A stretch of DNA of 64,000 bases, from assembly GCF_032444005.1 (NCBI RefSeq), contig NC_091291.1:10540001-10604000 (forward strand), written 5' to 3'. Position numbers and translations under genes: made by a program. Of the stretch, positions 63,332 to 64,000 are shown one piece after another. Every line of letters starts with the position of its first letter. The first letter of the stretch is position 1. The notes under the pieces were generated by a model. That model had not been told where the DNA came from and searched no databases. It was given only the letters and a program-made list of their open reading frames with translations. The stretch is from Ranitomeya imitator (lineage: Eukaryota).

Positions 63332-64000
63332 ACAAAGAAAATAATAGATTGTATCAAGAATCATAGATGTTCCGAAAATGTCTAAAAGTATTAAACAATA
63401 ATAAAGTACAGATGTGAAATAAGACTCACCAGCCATCAAGAAGACAACGGAAAGTGTCAGGAAGCCCATGTCTTCTGTAGATTGGAGACTTCAAGTGACT
63501 TGTTATAATATAACGATTCTGGGAAGGTCGTCTATGTACCGACTGTAGGACGGAGTTCTCCGCTGTGCCATTTATAGGACCCAGATCCGTAATATTTGCA
63601 TGCATCATTACATATCTGTCCATTGCTACATTGTGCAATATGTTCTCAAATGAAGCAATAATAAAACGTGACGCAACAAGGAAGGATGAGATGTCTCATA
63701 ATTAATAATTATACCTTCTTTTATACAAAAGGGCTCAGATTCTTACAGCTACAAAACAGATGTCCAACTTTAGTCTTAAAGGGAATGTGTCATAAAATAT
63801 GTATTTTTGCTTAAGTCAGCTTTTTGTTTTTGTAAGAAAGTCGTCCTTACTGAGAGCTGGAAGAGCCGGGAAAAATATGTAGACAATCCTCTTATCAAGC
63901 TGAGACTGAAGTTTATTCAGAGATTTCGCAGCAGAACAGTGAACACATGGAAAGTCAGTGAGACAAAGCATGCAGGCACGAACAGGAGCCCAGAAAGACA
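63332..64000. repeat. Direct duplicate of 58846-59514 (offset 4486 bp), running off the window end
   Basis: Appears identical by eye from ACAAAGAAAATAATAGATTG onward; the ORF track shows the same 70-aa ORF at 58940 and 63426. Confidence 0.92.
63430..63469 (-). CDS. Duplicate copy of TIL-C exon 1 (MGFLTLSVVFLMA)
   Basis: Same ATG and GTGAGT donor as 58944-58983. No second copy of exon 2 or exon 3 follows it. Confidence 0.55.

Overview
This is eukaryotic vertebrate DNA, not prokaryotic. The Tc1, Gypsy-type LTR, CR1 and Penelope-type remnants and the satellite families suggest an anuran (frog) genome; that assignment is inference. Most ORFs in the supplied track are artefacts of tandem repeats, and the real genes are split by introns and were reconstructed by hand from splice sites. 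(1) Three genes encode secreted TIL-domain (trypsin-inhibitor-like, cysteine-rich) proteins and share one exon plan: TIL-A (+, 4345-5700, 149 aa), TIL-B (+, 11802-19911 plus an unresolved last exon, 3 TIL domains and a decayed mucin-like exon) and TIL-C (-, 57804-58983, 140 aa). TIL-C's promoter and first exon are duplicated at 63332-64000. (2) A non-rearranging Ig-superfamily receptor with a V(J)-C1-TM-tail layout lies at +43560-47775; its leader exon was not found. (3) A 3.5-kb repeat built from 12-nt modules (39213-42748) is open on the minus strand as a Gly/Ala/Ser/Phe silk-like protein. It carries two compensating frameshifts and sits directly behind an LTR with a tRNA-Leu primer-binding site. 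(4) Minimal Penelope-type hammerhead ribozymes are present, one in sense orientation inside a TIL-B intron. (5) About ten unrelated minisatellite or satellite arrays, solo LTRs, Tc1/Tc2 elements and four N-gaps fill the rest. No rRNA, tRNA or CRISPR array was found.
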